Sequence record: SRR2962707_5378
Direction: 5' to 3' (one strand)
Length of the DNA: 62,176 nt
Each line of letters opens with the position of its first letter. Position 1 is the first letter of the stretch. The position numbers and the translations under genes are program-made. This document shows, in pieces, positions 40,070 through 49,086 of the stretch. Below the pieces are notes generated by a model. It was not told where the DNA came from. It did not search any database and worked only from the letters and a program-made list of their open reading frames with translations.

Positions 40070-41589
40070 GCTTCGCCTCCTCGCGCCGCTGCACGCCGCC
40101 GTGCGAGCCAGTTTTTTACCCAAGGCACCTGCGAGAGGATCAGCAGAACATTTGCGGTCAGAAGAATTGCCGCCGCTGGCCTGCTGAAGAAGCCTGAAAG
40201 ATCGCCATCCGAAATCAGCAGCGTTCGCCGGAAACTTTCATCGAATAGGCCACCCAGAATGACGCCGATGACCAACGGAGCGATGGGGTACTTCATCTCA
40301 ATGAGGGCGAAGGCAACGATTCCGACAACGATCATGAGGAAGAGGTCATTAATCCCACCTCCAACCGAAAAGGAGCCGATCGTGGTCAGGGCAAGGACGA
40401 CAGGTAGGAAGACCGCCTGTGGCAGGCGCAAGACGTGGATGAACAAGCGAGCACTGAACAGGCCCATGATGAACATAGCAACCGATGCCATGACCAGGAT
40501 GGCTACGATATGCAGAATTAGGCCAGGGTCGATATTCGGTCCAGGAATGATGTTGTTGATCTTGAAAGCCCCAAGCAGGGCCGCGGCCGGCGGCGATCCA
40601 GGTATACCCAGTACGAGCAGCGGAATGAGCGCCCCCCCGATAGCCGCATTGTTGGCTGTCTCCGAGCTGAGCAGACCATCGATCGACCCCTTGCCAAACA
40701 GGTGCCCTTCCTTGGAGACGTTTTTGCCCACGCCATAGGACACCCAGCCTGCCACGTCCTCGCCGACACCTGGAAGTGCGCCGATGCCAACCCCCAGGGC
40801 GCCTGAGCGCCCGATAGTTGGCAGCCGCTTCGCGATTGTGCCCCAACTTGGCAGGATGCGGCCAATTTCGCGAACGCCGTGGATTATCGTGCCGTCCAGG
40901 AGACCCGAAATGATCTGCGGGATGGCGAAGGCGCCCATGAGCACCGGCACCACCTGGAAACCGCCGAGCAAATATGGCCAGCCAAATGTGTAGCGTGGCT
41001 CCCCAAGAAGCGGATCCATACCAACCATGGCCATGCCAAGGCCCAACAGGCCTGCGATCCAGCCTTTTATGACGAGGTCAGAGCTCATCAATGTGCCACT
41101 GACCAGGATGCCAAAAAGCGCCAGCAACGCCTTTTCAGGAGAGGCTATGCTCTGACTGATCAGAAGAAGCAGCCAAACGAAAACGAGCAGGCACATGGTG
41201 CCGATCAGTGTGCCAATCAACGAAGCGGTCGTCGTCAGGCCTAGCGCTTCTCCTCCCCTGCCCGCTTTGGTGAGCGGATATCCATCCATGGCAGTCGCCG
41301 CCGAAGCTGCAGTGCCAGGAATGTTTACCAGTATTGACGGATAGGACCCCCCATAGATGGCGCCGACATACGCCCCCATCAGGGCAATAAGAGAATAGTC
41401 GAGCGGAAATTTGTTGCCGAAAAAACCTGTGAGGATGGTGACCGCCAAGGTCGCCGTTAGCCCCGGAAGCGCCCCAAACACAATGCCCAATGCCATTGCT
41501 GGCAATAGGTAGGCATAGGTCAGAGGATCGATAATCAGGCCGCCTAGGCTCTCCAGGAAGCCAACCAGCTGGGTGAAAAAGAAGTCCAT
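40066..41589 (-). CDS. tctA: Tripartite tricarboxylate transporter large permease TctA
   Basis: GALPGL, YGGS..SIL.NIPGT, DGYPL, ETANNA, LGIPGS. Confidence 0.9.
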   Translation of the reverse strand: MDFFFTQLVGFLESLGGLIIDPLTYAYLLPAMALGIVFGALPGLTATLAVTILTGFFGNKFPLDYSLIALMGAYVGAIYGGSYPSILVNIPGTAASAATAMDGYPLTKAGRGGEALGLTTTASLIGTLIGTMCLLVFVWLLLLISQSIASPEKALLALFGILVSGTLMSSDLVIKGWIAGLLGLGMAMVGMDPLLGEPRYTFGWPYLLGGFQVVPVLMGAFAIPQIISGLLDGTIIHGVREIGRILPSWGTIAKRLPTIGRSGALGVGIGALPGVGEDVAGWVSYGVGKNVSKEGHLFGKGSIDGLLSSETANNAAIGGALIPLLVLGIPGSPPAAALLGAFKINNIIPGPNIDPGLILHIVAILVMASVAMFIMGLFSARLFIHVLRLPQAVFLPVVLALTTIGSFSVGGGINDLFLMIVVGIVAFALIEMKYPIAPLVIGVILGGLFDESFRRTLLISDGDLSGFFSRPAAAILLTANVLLILSQVPWVKNWLARRRAAARGGEA

Positions 41590-41590
41590 A

Positions 41591-42358
41591 TCACCTGCTC
41601 CCGAACAACGGCTTGAACGTCACGTAGTAGTGGTATTCGATTTGAGAGAAGACCAACCCGGTACGATTGGGCACATTTTGTCGGAACCCAAAGGCCATGG
41701 CGCAAACCAGCAGCAGCGGCGTCAACACGCAAACAAAAGGCGCCCACTTCAGATAGAGCGGTATTTTGTGTTGAACCTTCCAGGTTTCTACAAAAGCCAC
41801 CGTCGTTAGCACTAAAAAGCTCACCAAGGTCAGCCAATCGTCATCGTGGGGTTTGGCCCAGTCCTCGGAGGGAAAGTGAACGACAAGGGCATAGAGGCCC
41901 GGGACCGCCAAAAAGGCCAGACCGATATAGGCTGGACGCAGACGCCCTTCAAAATAACCATAGGTCAGCGCCATCATTACCAGGGCAGTCGCGAGGATAA
42001 AATCGACTCTTGGCACCAGGCTGAAGATGTATATGAGCAACATGGCGCAGATGATGAAGAACCGCTGCGAGGGTATGCTGACAAGCGTTGCTTTGAAGAC
42101 ACCTAGGTCTCCGTGTCTCGGGGCACCCCCATCTCGAATTGCAATCACCAGCAATGAAACGGAAAAGGCGAGCAAGAGCCCAAAAATCAAGTAGGGTACA
42201 ATGGCGGCAGAGTTGAACCACTTGCCACTTTCCACACCCGCGGCCTGAGCGTCGAAGAACGGGATGTTGCCCGTTTCCAAAAGCATCGCGACCGAAGCTG
42301 CGATTAGAACAAGTGCCGTCCAGAAATCGCGCCGGCGCAGCTGCGTTTGCTCGTCCAA
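41591..42358 (-). CDS. TTT small permease TctB-like (unusually long)
   Basis: Polytopic membrane protein between tctC and tctA; TTG start. Confidence 0.65.
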   Translation of the reverse strand: MDEQTQLRRRDFWTALVLIAASVAMLLETGNIPFFDAQAAGVESGKWFNSAAIVPYLIFGLLLAFSVSLLVIAIRDGGAPRHGDLGVFKATLVSIPSQRFFIICAMLLIYIFSLVPRVDFILATALVMMALTYGYFEGRLRPAYIGLAFLAVPGLYALVVHFPSEDWAKPHDDDWLTLVSFLVLTTVAFVETWKVQHKIPLYLKWAPFVCVLTPLLLVCAMAFGFRQNVPNRTGLVFSQIEYHYYVTFKPLFGSR

Positions 42359-42379
42359 TTCGGTGCCTCCCGGTAAATA

Positions 42380-42402
42380 GGGGCCGGGTTACTCCCGACC
42401 CC
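42380..42402 (-). terminator. Stem-loop after tctC
   Basis: On - strand GGGGTCGGG-AGTAA-CCCGGCCCC with one G-U pair. Confidence 0.5.
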
Positions 42403-42410
42403 ATTGCTTA

Positions 42411-43412
42411 TTATGGCTTGGGGATACCAAGAGTCGCGGGGTCGACGGTGGCGGCACCCAGTTCCCATAAGGTCCAACCGAAGACGCTTTCCAGCTTGGC
42501 GTACTCAATGGAGGCGTTTTCGCCCAGAAGACCTGAAATCTCGTAGTGGTTGGTCTTGGCCCACTCAGCAACGACCGGAGCGGCCATGGCCTGGACGAAT
42601 GCTTCGGACAGCTTGGCCTTGACGTCGTCACTTGCACTGGCGGCCACCGCAAAACCAATCGCCTGGTTGAGCGGCAAGAACTTGCTGAGGTCCGGGTAGA
42701 CGCTCAATGCGTCGGGCACAGTCTGGCCGGCGACATCTGCGCTGTCCCCGCGCAACATGGCCAATGGCTTGAGCTTGCCGCCCTCGATCAGAGGAAACTG
42801 CTCGGCCAGGGACCCGATGACCAATTCCACTTCACCGTTGATGGCCGCTTCCATGGCCGGTGCCGAACCTTGGTAGGGGACGAAGCGGAACTTGGCACCA
42901 GTACCGTTTTCGAGCGCCAGCAAGTTTAGATGGTGAATTGAGCCAGAACCACTGGCTGCAGCCGGGATTGTGCCCGACGACGCCTTTGCCGCGTCGACCA
43001 GCGCCTCAAGGCTCTCATATTCGGAATCGGCAGGAACAGAAAGCATCAGCGGCGATCCGCCAACAATGAACGGGAACCAGACGTCCATTCGCTTGTCCCA
43101 TCCACCCTGCACGGCGGCGGTAACATTGGATTCGGAAATGCCGGCGAGGGTGTAACCATCATCTGGCTGGTTCAGCACATACACCATGCCATTGGACCCG
43201 GCGACGCCACCGGTCTGGTTGATCACCGAGATGCCCACTGGCAGGAACTTCTCCATCTCCGCCATCACCATACGGTTGATGGTGTCCGTGCCGCCGCCGG
43301 CGCCCCATACAACGGCGTTGGTAATATCGCGATAGGGGTATTCCTGCGCCAGCGCCGAACCCGCGGAAACGCTGAGCGCGGCAGCCGCCATAGCGGCAGT
43401 AAACAGCTTCAT
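42411..43412 (-). CDS. tctC: TTT substrate-binding protein TctC/Bug
   Basis: Signal peptide, YP.R.I..V.WGAGGGTD, DGYTL, VPYQG. Confidence 0.9.
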   Translation of the reverse strand: MKLFTAAMAAAALSVSAGSALAQEYPYRDITNAVVWGAGGGTDTINRMVMAEMEKFLPVGISVINQTGGVAGSNGMVYVLNQPDDGYTLAGISESNVTAAVQGGWDKRMDVWFPFIVGGSPLMLSVPADSEYESLEALVDAAKASSGTIPAAASGSGSIHHLNLLALENGTGAKFRFVPYQGSAPAMEAAINGEVELVIGSLAEQFPLIEGGKLKPLAMLRGDSADVAGQTVPDALSVYPDLSKFLPLNQAIGFAVAASASDDVKAKLSEAFVQAMAAPVVAEWAKTNHYEISGLLGENASIEYAKLESVFGWTLWELGAATVDPATLGIPKP

Positions 43413-43556
43413 ACCATCCTCCTTCATGTTCAAGCGGGCCGCACGCAGCACCGCCGAGCCTCCTCCGGCTCTGCAATTTGCGTATTATTTAATGTATCCA
43501 TTGTCAAGTGCACTGAATCCGTCTATTGCAGTCTGGCGACACGACAGGAGGATCGC

Positions 43557-44648
43557 ATGCTGGAAGCCGCTACCCGAACCAAGTTGAGTATTGCCGTATT
43601 TGAAGGTGACGGCATCGGGCCCGAAATCATGGCCCCTACCCTGGAACTGGTCCGCAAGGCAGTGGGAGGGAGCGCCGAGCTATCATTCACGTCTGTTCCG
43701 GCTGGAGCGGGTCACTTTGCTCGTTATGGTGAGAGCCTGCCCGCAGAGTCGCTGCGCGAGGCCCGCAGCTCCGATGCCATTTTGCTTTCTGCAATGGGGT
43801 TGCCTTCGATCCGCTACCCAAATGGGACAGAAATCTCCCCACAGATCGACCTCCGCATGGAGTTAGGTCTCTATGCCGGCGTGCGACCGGTGATGATCAT
43901 GCCGGGCGCCCCTTGCCCGTTGAAGGATGAGCGCGCAAAAAGCATCGACTTCGTGTTGATCCGCGAGTCGACTGAAGGCCTGTTCTCATCGCACGGCAAA
44001 GGGACCGTGACCGAAGACTACGCCACCGAAACACTCAAGATCACGCGAGACGTCAGTGAGCGCTTGTTCGACTTCTCCTTCCGCCTTGCCCAGAAGCGCA
44101 AGGCCAGTGGTCGTGGTAAAGGCATGGTCACCTGCGTGGACAAAGCAAACGTCTTCAAGGCTTTTGCCTACTTCCGTTCGATCTTCGAGGAGCGCGCCAA
44201 GGCCTTTTCGGATATCACGGCAAACAGCGCCTATGTGGACGCTACAGCGCTCTGGATGGTCGAGCGTCCATGGACCTTCGACGTCCTGGTCACAGAGAAC
44301 ATGTTCGGCGATATTCTTTCTGACCTCGGTGCTGGCCTTATGGGCAGCCTCGGCCTTGCGCCATCTGCCGATATCGGCGACCACAATGCTCTGTTCCAGC
44401 CCTGCCACGGCTCGGCACCCGACATCGCTGGAAAGGGTCTGGCCAACCCACTGGCAATGTTCCTATCCGCAGCCATGATGCTCGATTGGCTCGGGGACGA
44501 GCGCAACGATGCAAGTCTGAACGCGGCCGGTGATCGACTGGAGCAAGCGGTCCGTGCCGTATTGGCAGACGGCACCGTAAAGACCCGTGATCTGGGTGGA
44601 GCGGCCTCAACAGAGGCAATCTCCCAGGCCGTCGCCGAAAAGCTCTAG
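43557..44648 (+). CDS. Isocitrate/isopropylmalate/tartrate dehydrogenase family protein
   Basis: GDGIGPE, VDKANV, ENMFGDILSD, HGSAPDIAGKG.ANP. Confidence 0.92.
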   Translation: MLEAATRTKLSIAVFEGDGIGPEIMAPTLELVRKAVGGSAELSFTSVPAGAGHFARYGESLPAESLREARSSDAILLSAMGLPSIRYPNGTEISPQIDLRMELGLYAGVRPVMIMPGAPCPLKDERAKSIDFVLIRESTEGLFSSHGKGTVTEDYATETLKITRDVSERLFDFSFRLAQKRKASGRGKGMVTCVDKANVFKAFAYFRSIFEERAKAFSDITANSAYVDATALWMVERPWTFDVLVTENMFGDILSDLGAGLMGSLGLAPSADIGDHNALFQPCHGSAPDIAGKGLANPLAMFLSAAMMLDWLGDERNDASLNAAGDRLEQAVRAVLADGTVKTRDLGGAASTEAISQAVAEKL

Positions 44649-44657
44649 GGCGCCTCA

Positions 44658-45683
44658 ATGCAGAAACTTCGACTGGCAACGGCCGGCGCCGGCTACTTCT
44701 CTCAGTTCCATTTCGACGCCTGGCAAAGAATTCCCGAGATCGAACTCGTTGGCGTTTGCAACCAGACCGTCGAAAAGGCCCAGGTCATTGTCGACGCGTT
44801 TGGCGGACGGGCTTTCTCGAATTTCCAGCAGATGCTGGACGAAGTTCGCCCCAACCTCGTGGACGTTATCACGCCGCCCGAAACACACGAGGCTTATGTG
44901 ACAGCCGCCCTGAATGTTGGGGCACACGTCATCTGCCAGAAGCCGTTCACGCAAGATCTTGAAACGGCCAAGCGGATGTCCGCCCTTGCGCTCGAGAAGG
45001 GAGTGCGCCTCGTCGTCCATGAAAACTTCCGGTTCCAGCCATGGTATCGCAAGATCAAGTTGGAGCTCGAAGCGGGACGCCTCGGGCAAGTCTACCAGTT
45101 GCGGTTCTGTCTACGTCCGGGCGACGGCCAGGGGCCGGACGCTTACCTGGCGCGCCAGCCCTATTTCCAGAAAATGCCGCGATTTCTCATCCATGAAACT
45201 GGCGTGCACTGGGTCGACACATTTCGCTACCTGCTTGGACGGCCACAGAGTGTGTTTGCGGACCTAAGAAAACTCAATCCGGCTATCGCAGGGGAAGACG
45301 CGGGGCTGGTGCTTTTCACCTATGATGATAACAAGCGCGCCGTACTCGACGGCAACCGCCTCAGCGATCATGCAGCGGAGAACCGCCGCCGCACCATGGG
45401 CGAAATGCTCATCGAAGGTGAGAAGGGAGCCCTCTTGCTAACCGGCGACGGCTCGGTAAGTTTCCGTGCATTTGGCAGCAATGAGTGGCTGGACTTACCG
45501 TATGACTGGCATGATCAGGGCTTCGGAGGCGATTGTGTCCATTCGCTCCAGCGCCATGCCGTCGATGGAATTCTCAACAAGCAGCCGATCGAGAACGAGG
45601 CATTCGAGTATCTCGACGTTATAGTCGCGGAAGCCGCAATCTACGAATCTGCGGATACTGGTCGTCTCGTCCCAATCGGCTAA
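44658..45683 (+). CDS. Gfo/Idh/MocA oxidoreductase (aldose dehydrogenase-like)
   Basis: GAGYFS, DVITPP..H, CQKP, VHENFRFQP, ETGVH.VD. Confidence 0.88.
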   Translation: MQKLRLATAGAGYFSQFHFDAWQRIPEIELVGVCNQTVEKAQVIVDAFGGRAFSNFQQMLDEVRPNLVDVITPPETHEAYVTAALNVGAHVICQKPFTQDLETAKRMSALALEKGVRLVVHENFRFQPWYRKIKLELEAGRLGQVYQLRFCLRPGDGQGPDAYLARQPYFQKMPRFLIHETGVHWVDTFRYLLGRPQSVFADLRKLNPAIAGEDAGLVLFTYDDNKRAVLDGNRLSDHAAENRRRTMGEMLIEGEKGALLLTGDGSVSFRAFGSNEWLDLPYDWHDQGFGGDCVHSLQRHAVDGILNKQPIENEAFEYLDVIVAEAAIYESADTGRLVPIG

Positions 45684-45692
45684 GGAAATGGC

Positions 45693-46346
45693 ATGTCCCA
45701 GACTGAGCGCGCGGCAACGCTCCTTCGCGAAAAGATCATGAGCAATGAACTGCCACCGGGCTCGAACCATCTCGAGACCGAACTGGCAGAGCTGCTCGGC
45801 CTGTCTCGAACGCCAGTGCGCGAAGCCATGCTCAGGCTGGAATCGCAGGGATTGGTGGAAGTGCGGCCGCGACACGGCATGCGCGTTCTGCCGATCTCCG
45901 CCAATGACATGGAAGAAATTTACCAGCTTCTGACCGAGCTGGAGTCTCTGGCTGCCTACGACCTGGCTCTGAAGAAGCCCACACCTGAGCAACTCGAACC
46001 TATGCGCAAAGCCGTCGCGGAGATGGAAGCAGCTCTGCAGCAGGATGACCGGCAACGGTGGGCCGAGGCCGACAATCGGTTCCACGAGGTTCTTGTCGAG
46101 CTGGCCGGCAATCGGCGCCTGCGCAATGTTGTGGCGATGTATTCGGACCAGGCGCATCGCGCCCGCATGGTCACTCTTTACATCCGACCTAAGCCGACCA
46201 ACTCCAATCAGGATCACCTCGATCTGTTAGCCGCCTTGGAGAAGGGCGACGCCGACGCTGCCCGCGAAATTCACCGCAACCACCGCCTGCGCGCCAAGGA
46301 AATGATGATCGAACTTCTCAAGCGCCACGGCTTCCATCAGGTCTGA
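45693..46346 (+). CDS. GntR family regulator (FCD domain)
   Basis: E.ELAELLGLSRTPVREA, D..FH..L..LAGN. Confidence 0.93.
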   Translation: MSQTERAATLLREKIMSNELPPGSNHLETELAELLGLSRTPVREAMLRLESQGLVEVRPRHGMRVLPISANDMEEIYQLLTELESLAAYDLALKKPTPEQLEPMRKAVAEMEAALQQDDRQRWAEADNRFHEVLVELAGNRRLRNVVAMYSDQAHRARMVTLYIRPKPTNSNQDHLDLLAALEKGDADAAREIHRNHRLRAKEMMIELLKRHGFHQV

Positions 46347-46348
46347 AG

Positions 46349-47122
46349 ATGAGCAACGAACGCTACGAAGTCTTTGCCCTCAAATATGCCGAGCGCAACA
46401 GCCGTACCCGAAATGACTCGTTCATGTTCGACGATGATCACGCCTCCCAGCACGACATGGACTATTTTATCTGGGTCGCCCGCAATGCCGAGCGCACGAT
46501 CCTGATTGACACCGGGTACGATGCGCCGGAGGCCAAGCGGCGCAATCGCCCAATCCTCACGGATCCCATCGAGATGCTCGGTAGACTGGGGATTAAGCCG
46601 GCCGAAGTAACCGATCTGATCGTCACCCACCTGCACTATGATCACGCAGGGGGACTGCATAATTTTGAACATGCACAGTTCCATATGCAGGAGGCCGAGC
46701 TTGGGTTCGCCGTTTCCGGCTGCATGTGTCACCCCGCGCTTCGCGCGCCATTCACAGCGGATCACGTCTGCACGACCGTTCGGCAGCTTTACAGCGGCAA
46801 GGTGACCTTCTACACCGGCTCCGGACAGGTGGCGCCCGGGATCAGGGTCCACCATGTTGGTGGTCACAGCAGCGGCCTTCAGATAGTCGACATCGACACC
46901 GAAAGTGGGCCTCTGATCTTGGCTTCCGACGCCAGTCACTATTTTGAGAACTATCGGAAGGCCAAGCTATTTCCCATTGTGGTGAACCCGCCCGCCATGC
47001 TGGAAGGATTCGCAAAACTTCGATCTTTTGAAGACAAAGGTTATACGGTCGTGCCAGGGCACGATCCGCAGGTTTTGCAGCGCTACCCTACCCGTCTGCC
47101 CGGCATCGTCAAACTGGCCTAG
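46349..47122 (+). CDS. Metallo-beta-lactamase fold lactonase (AHL-lactonase family)
   Basis: LIDTG, THLHYDHAG, GGHS.G, LASDA, PGHD. Confidence 0.85.
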   Translation: MSNERYEVFALKYAERNSRTRNDSFMFDDDHASQHDMDYFIWVARNAERTILIDTGYDAPEAKRRNRPILTDPIEMLGRLGIKPAEVTDLIVTHLHYDHAGGLHNFEHAQFHMQEAELGFAVSGCMCHPALRAPFTADHVCTTVRQLYSGKVTFYTGSGQVAPGIRVHHVGGHSSGLQIVDIDTESGPLILASDASHYFENYRKAKLFPIVVNPPAMLEGFAKLRSFEDKGYTVVPGHDPQVLQRYPTRLPGIVKLA

Positions 47123-47132
47123 CACGCCCCTT

Positions 47133-48044
47133 CTAAGTAGCGACTCCAAGGCCGTAAAAATCCCGCGCGGTCTGAACGAACATCTGGTGGCGCTCGGCGG
47201 CGCTGAAGCCGGACAATATCTCATCGAAGGTCCGCCAGAGTTCCGTATAGTCGGCGTGGCGCTTTTCAATGGGATAGTTCGATGCGAACATCACGCGATC
47301 AGACCCGAACTGCTCGATTACTTCAAAGACCGGCACGCTCCAGCTCGCAATCGTCCAGTTTGGATCAAACTTGCCAAGCCCGGAGAGCTTGACCCTGACG
47401 TTGGGCATCCCAGCCAATGCGCGCAGGCCGTTCTTCCACTCCTGCCACCCCTGAAAGCTTCGGTCCGCCCACATGCCTGCATGGTCCACTACAACCCCTA
47501 GCCCAGGCAGCTTTTCCAACACCCTGACCGCTTGCACCATCTGGTGAGGATAGATTTGCAGGTCGAAGCGCATCTTCCTAGCGGCCAAGACCTCCAACCC
47601 ATTGATCAGGCCCGGATGCGAAAGCAAATCTTGCTCGGTGAAGGTCAAGGCGGGGTCAATGTGATGGTTGAGGATATGCCTTACCCCACGCACCCTTTTC
47701 GACACCGACTGCAACTGATCCAATTGCTGATCGACGTTTGGAGAGATCAGATCGACTCGTACGATCATTGCGGCGGGGCATGGCGCGTTCTTCAGCTCAT
47801 CCTCCACGAAACGAGCCTCGACTAACGGATCATTCGCGAGCGCCTCGACGTGGATCGCTCCGCACAGTTCGATCTCTCCAGCGCCTTCATCCAGGAACTG
47901 CTCAAGCAAGTAGCTAGATTCCGTTGGGTCAGGTGGCGCACCTGGCGCAGCGCGACGTGGCTCCCCATAATTTCCCGACCTTCTGTCCCACAGGTGAAAA
48001 TGCGCATCAACGATCTGCAATGGCATGTCGCTTATCTCAGTCAA
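47133..48044 (-). CDS. Amidohydrolase_2 family sugar lactonase
   Basis: VDAHFHLWD, VRGVRH, VVDHAG, NV.VKLSG, MFASNYP. Confidence 0.87.
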   Translation of the reverse strand: MTEISDMPLQIVDAHFHLWDRRSGNYGEPRRAAPGAPPDPTESSYLLEQFLDEGAGEIELCGAIHVEALANDPLVEARFVEDELKNAPCPAAMIVRVDLISPNVDQQLDQLQSVSKRVRGVRHILNHHIDPALTFTEQDLLSHPGLINGLEVLAARKMRFDLQIYPHQMVQAVRVLEKLPGLGVVVDHAGMWADRSFQGWQEWKNGLRALAGMPNVRVKLSGLGKFDPNWTIASWSVPVFEVIEQFGSDRVMFASNYPIEKRHADYTELWRTFDEILSGFSAAERHQMFVQTARDFYGLGVAT

Positions 48045-49074
48045 GGATCCAAGCTTCAGCGCGGATAAGACCTTCGTGCTTCAACTCACGCCACAAATCG
48101 ATAGGTATTTCTACGCGCATATAGTTCACGTTGGATCGCACCTGCTCTACGGAGAAGGCACCAGGGACGATTGAACAAACGTTTGGATTTAGGAGCGGAA
48201 ACTGCATTGCAGCGGCGGGCAGCGGCACATCGTAGCGCGTGCAGACCGCCTCGATCTTCGCAGCTTTTTCTTCTTCGGCAGCAGTTGGGACCCGATAATT
48301 GTAGCGTGCGCCTTTCCCTGCGCCCACCGCATATAGCCCGGTGCTGAAGACGCTTCCGACTATCAGCGAAATGCCCTTCTCGGCGCACATTTGGTCTTCG
48401 CCATCTAGGGTACGCTGCTCGCCAAGTGTGTAACGCTTCGCCAGTAGAAAGAAATCCAGATCGAAGAGCTCGGAGAAAAGGGGCATCGTGCCCAAGTCAT
48501 TGACCCCGGCACCAATTGCCTTGATCAGCCCAGCAGCCTTAAGATCGGACAGGGCCCGATAACCCCCACCGATCAGCTGGTCCAGATGAGCATTGAAGCG
48601 ACGCTCGATCTTGTGGTTCCGCAGATCGAGGTCGTGGATGAGCAGCATATCGATGCGGTTCATGCCGAGACGCTGAACGCTATCCTCGTAGGATCGCATG
48701 ACCCCATCGTACGAGTAATCGAAATGAGCATCGAGGTCCAAGCCGCCCGCCCACCGACTCCGTCGCACGGCGTTCGCCCGCTCAGACAGATCTAGGGGCG
48801 AGCTCAGGATGCGGCCAACTTTCGTAGAAATAACGACTTCTTGGCGAGGCTTGCGATAGAGCGATCGACCAATGCGGTGCTCACTCTGGCCGCGTCCGTA
48901 CCAGGGCGACGTGTCATAGTAGCGAACACCGAGATCCCAAGCGGTTTCCAAGGTCTCGGCAGCGTCCTTCTCCGCGACTTGGGTAGCCATGTCGCCAAGG
49001 GGCGCGCCCCCAAACCCAAGCACCGGCAGTCGGAGACCGGTTCTACCGAGGGCGCGTGTCTCATTGGGGTTCAT
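48037..49074 (-). CDS. Aldo/keto reductase (D-threo-aldose/L-fucose 1-dehydrogenase-like)
   Basis: LGFGGAPLG, YYDTSPWYG.G.SE.RIG, STKVGR, FDYSYDGV.RS. Confidence 0.87.
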   Translation of the reverse strand: MNPNETRALGRTGLRLPVLGFGGAPLGDMATQVAEKDAAETLETAWDLGVRYYDTSPWYGRGQSEHRIGRSLYRKPRQEVVISTKVGRILSSPLDLSERANAVRRSRWAGGLDLDAHFDYSYDGVMRSYEDSVQRLGMNRIDMLLIHDLDLRNHKIERRFNAHLDQLIGGGYRALSDLKAAGLIKAIGAGVNDLGTMPLFSELFDLDFFLLAKRYTLGEQRTLDGEDQMCAEKGISLIVGSVFSTGLYAVGAGKGARYNYRVPTAAEEEKAAKIEAVCTRYDVPLPAAAMQFPLLNPNVCSIVPGAFSVEQVRSNVNYMRVEIPIDLWRELKHEGLIRAEAWILD

Positions 49075-49086
49075 TGCGGCCTCCGA

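Noticed and set aside
43491-43502. AATGTATCCATT as GntR operator
   Set aside because: Short imperfect palindrome, single copy; insufficient support
43557-44648. Housekeeping leuB call
   Set aside because: No leuCD context, catabolic neighbourhood and Tyr->Phe change
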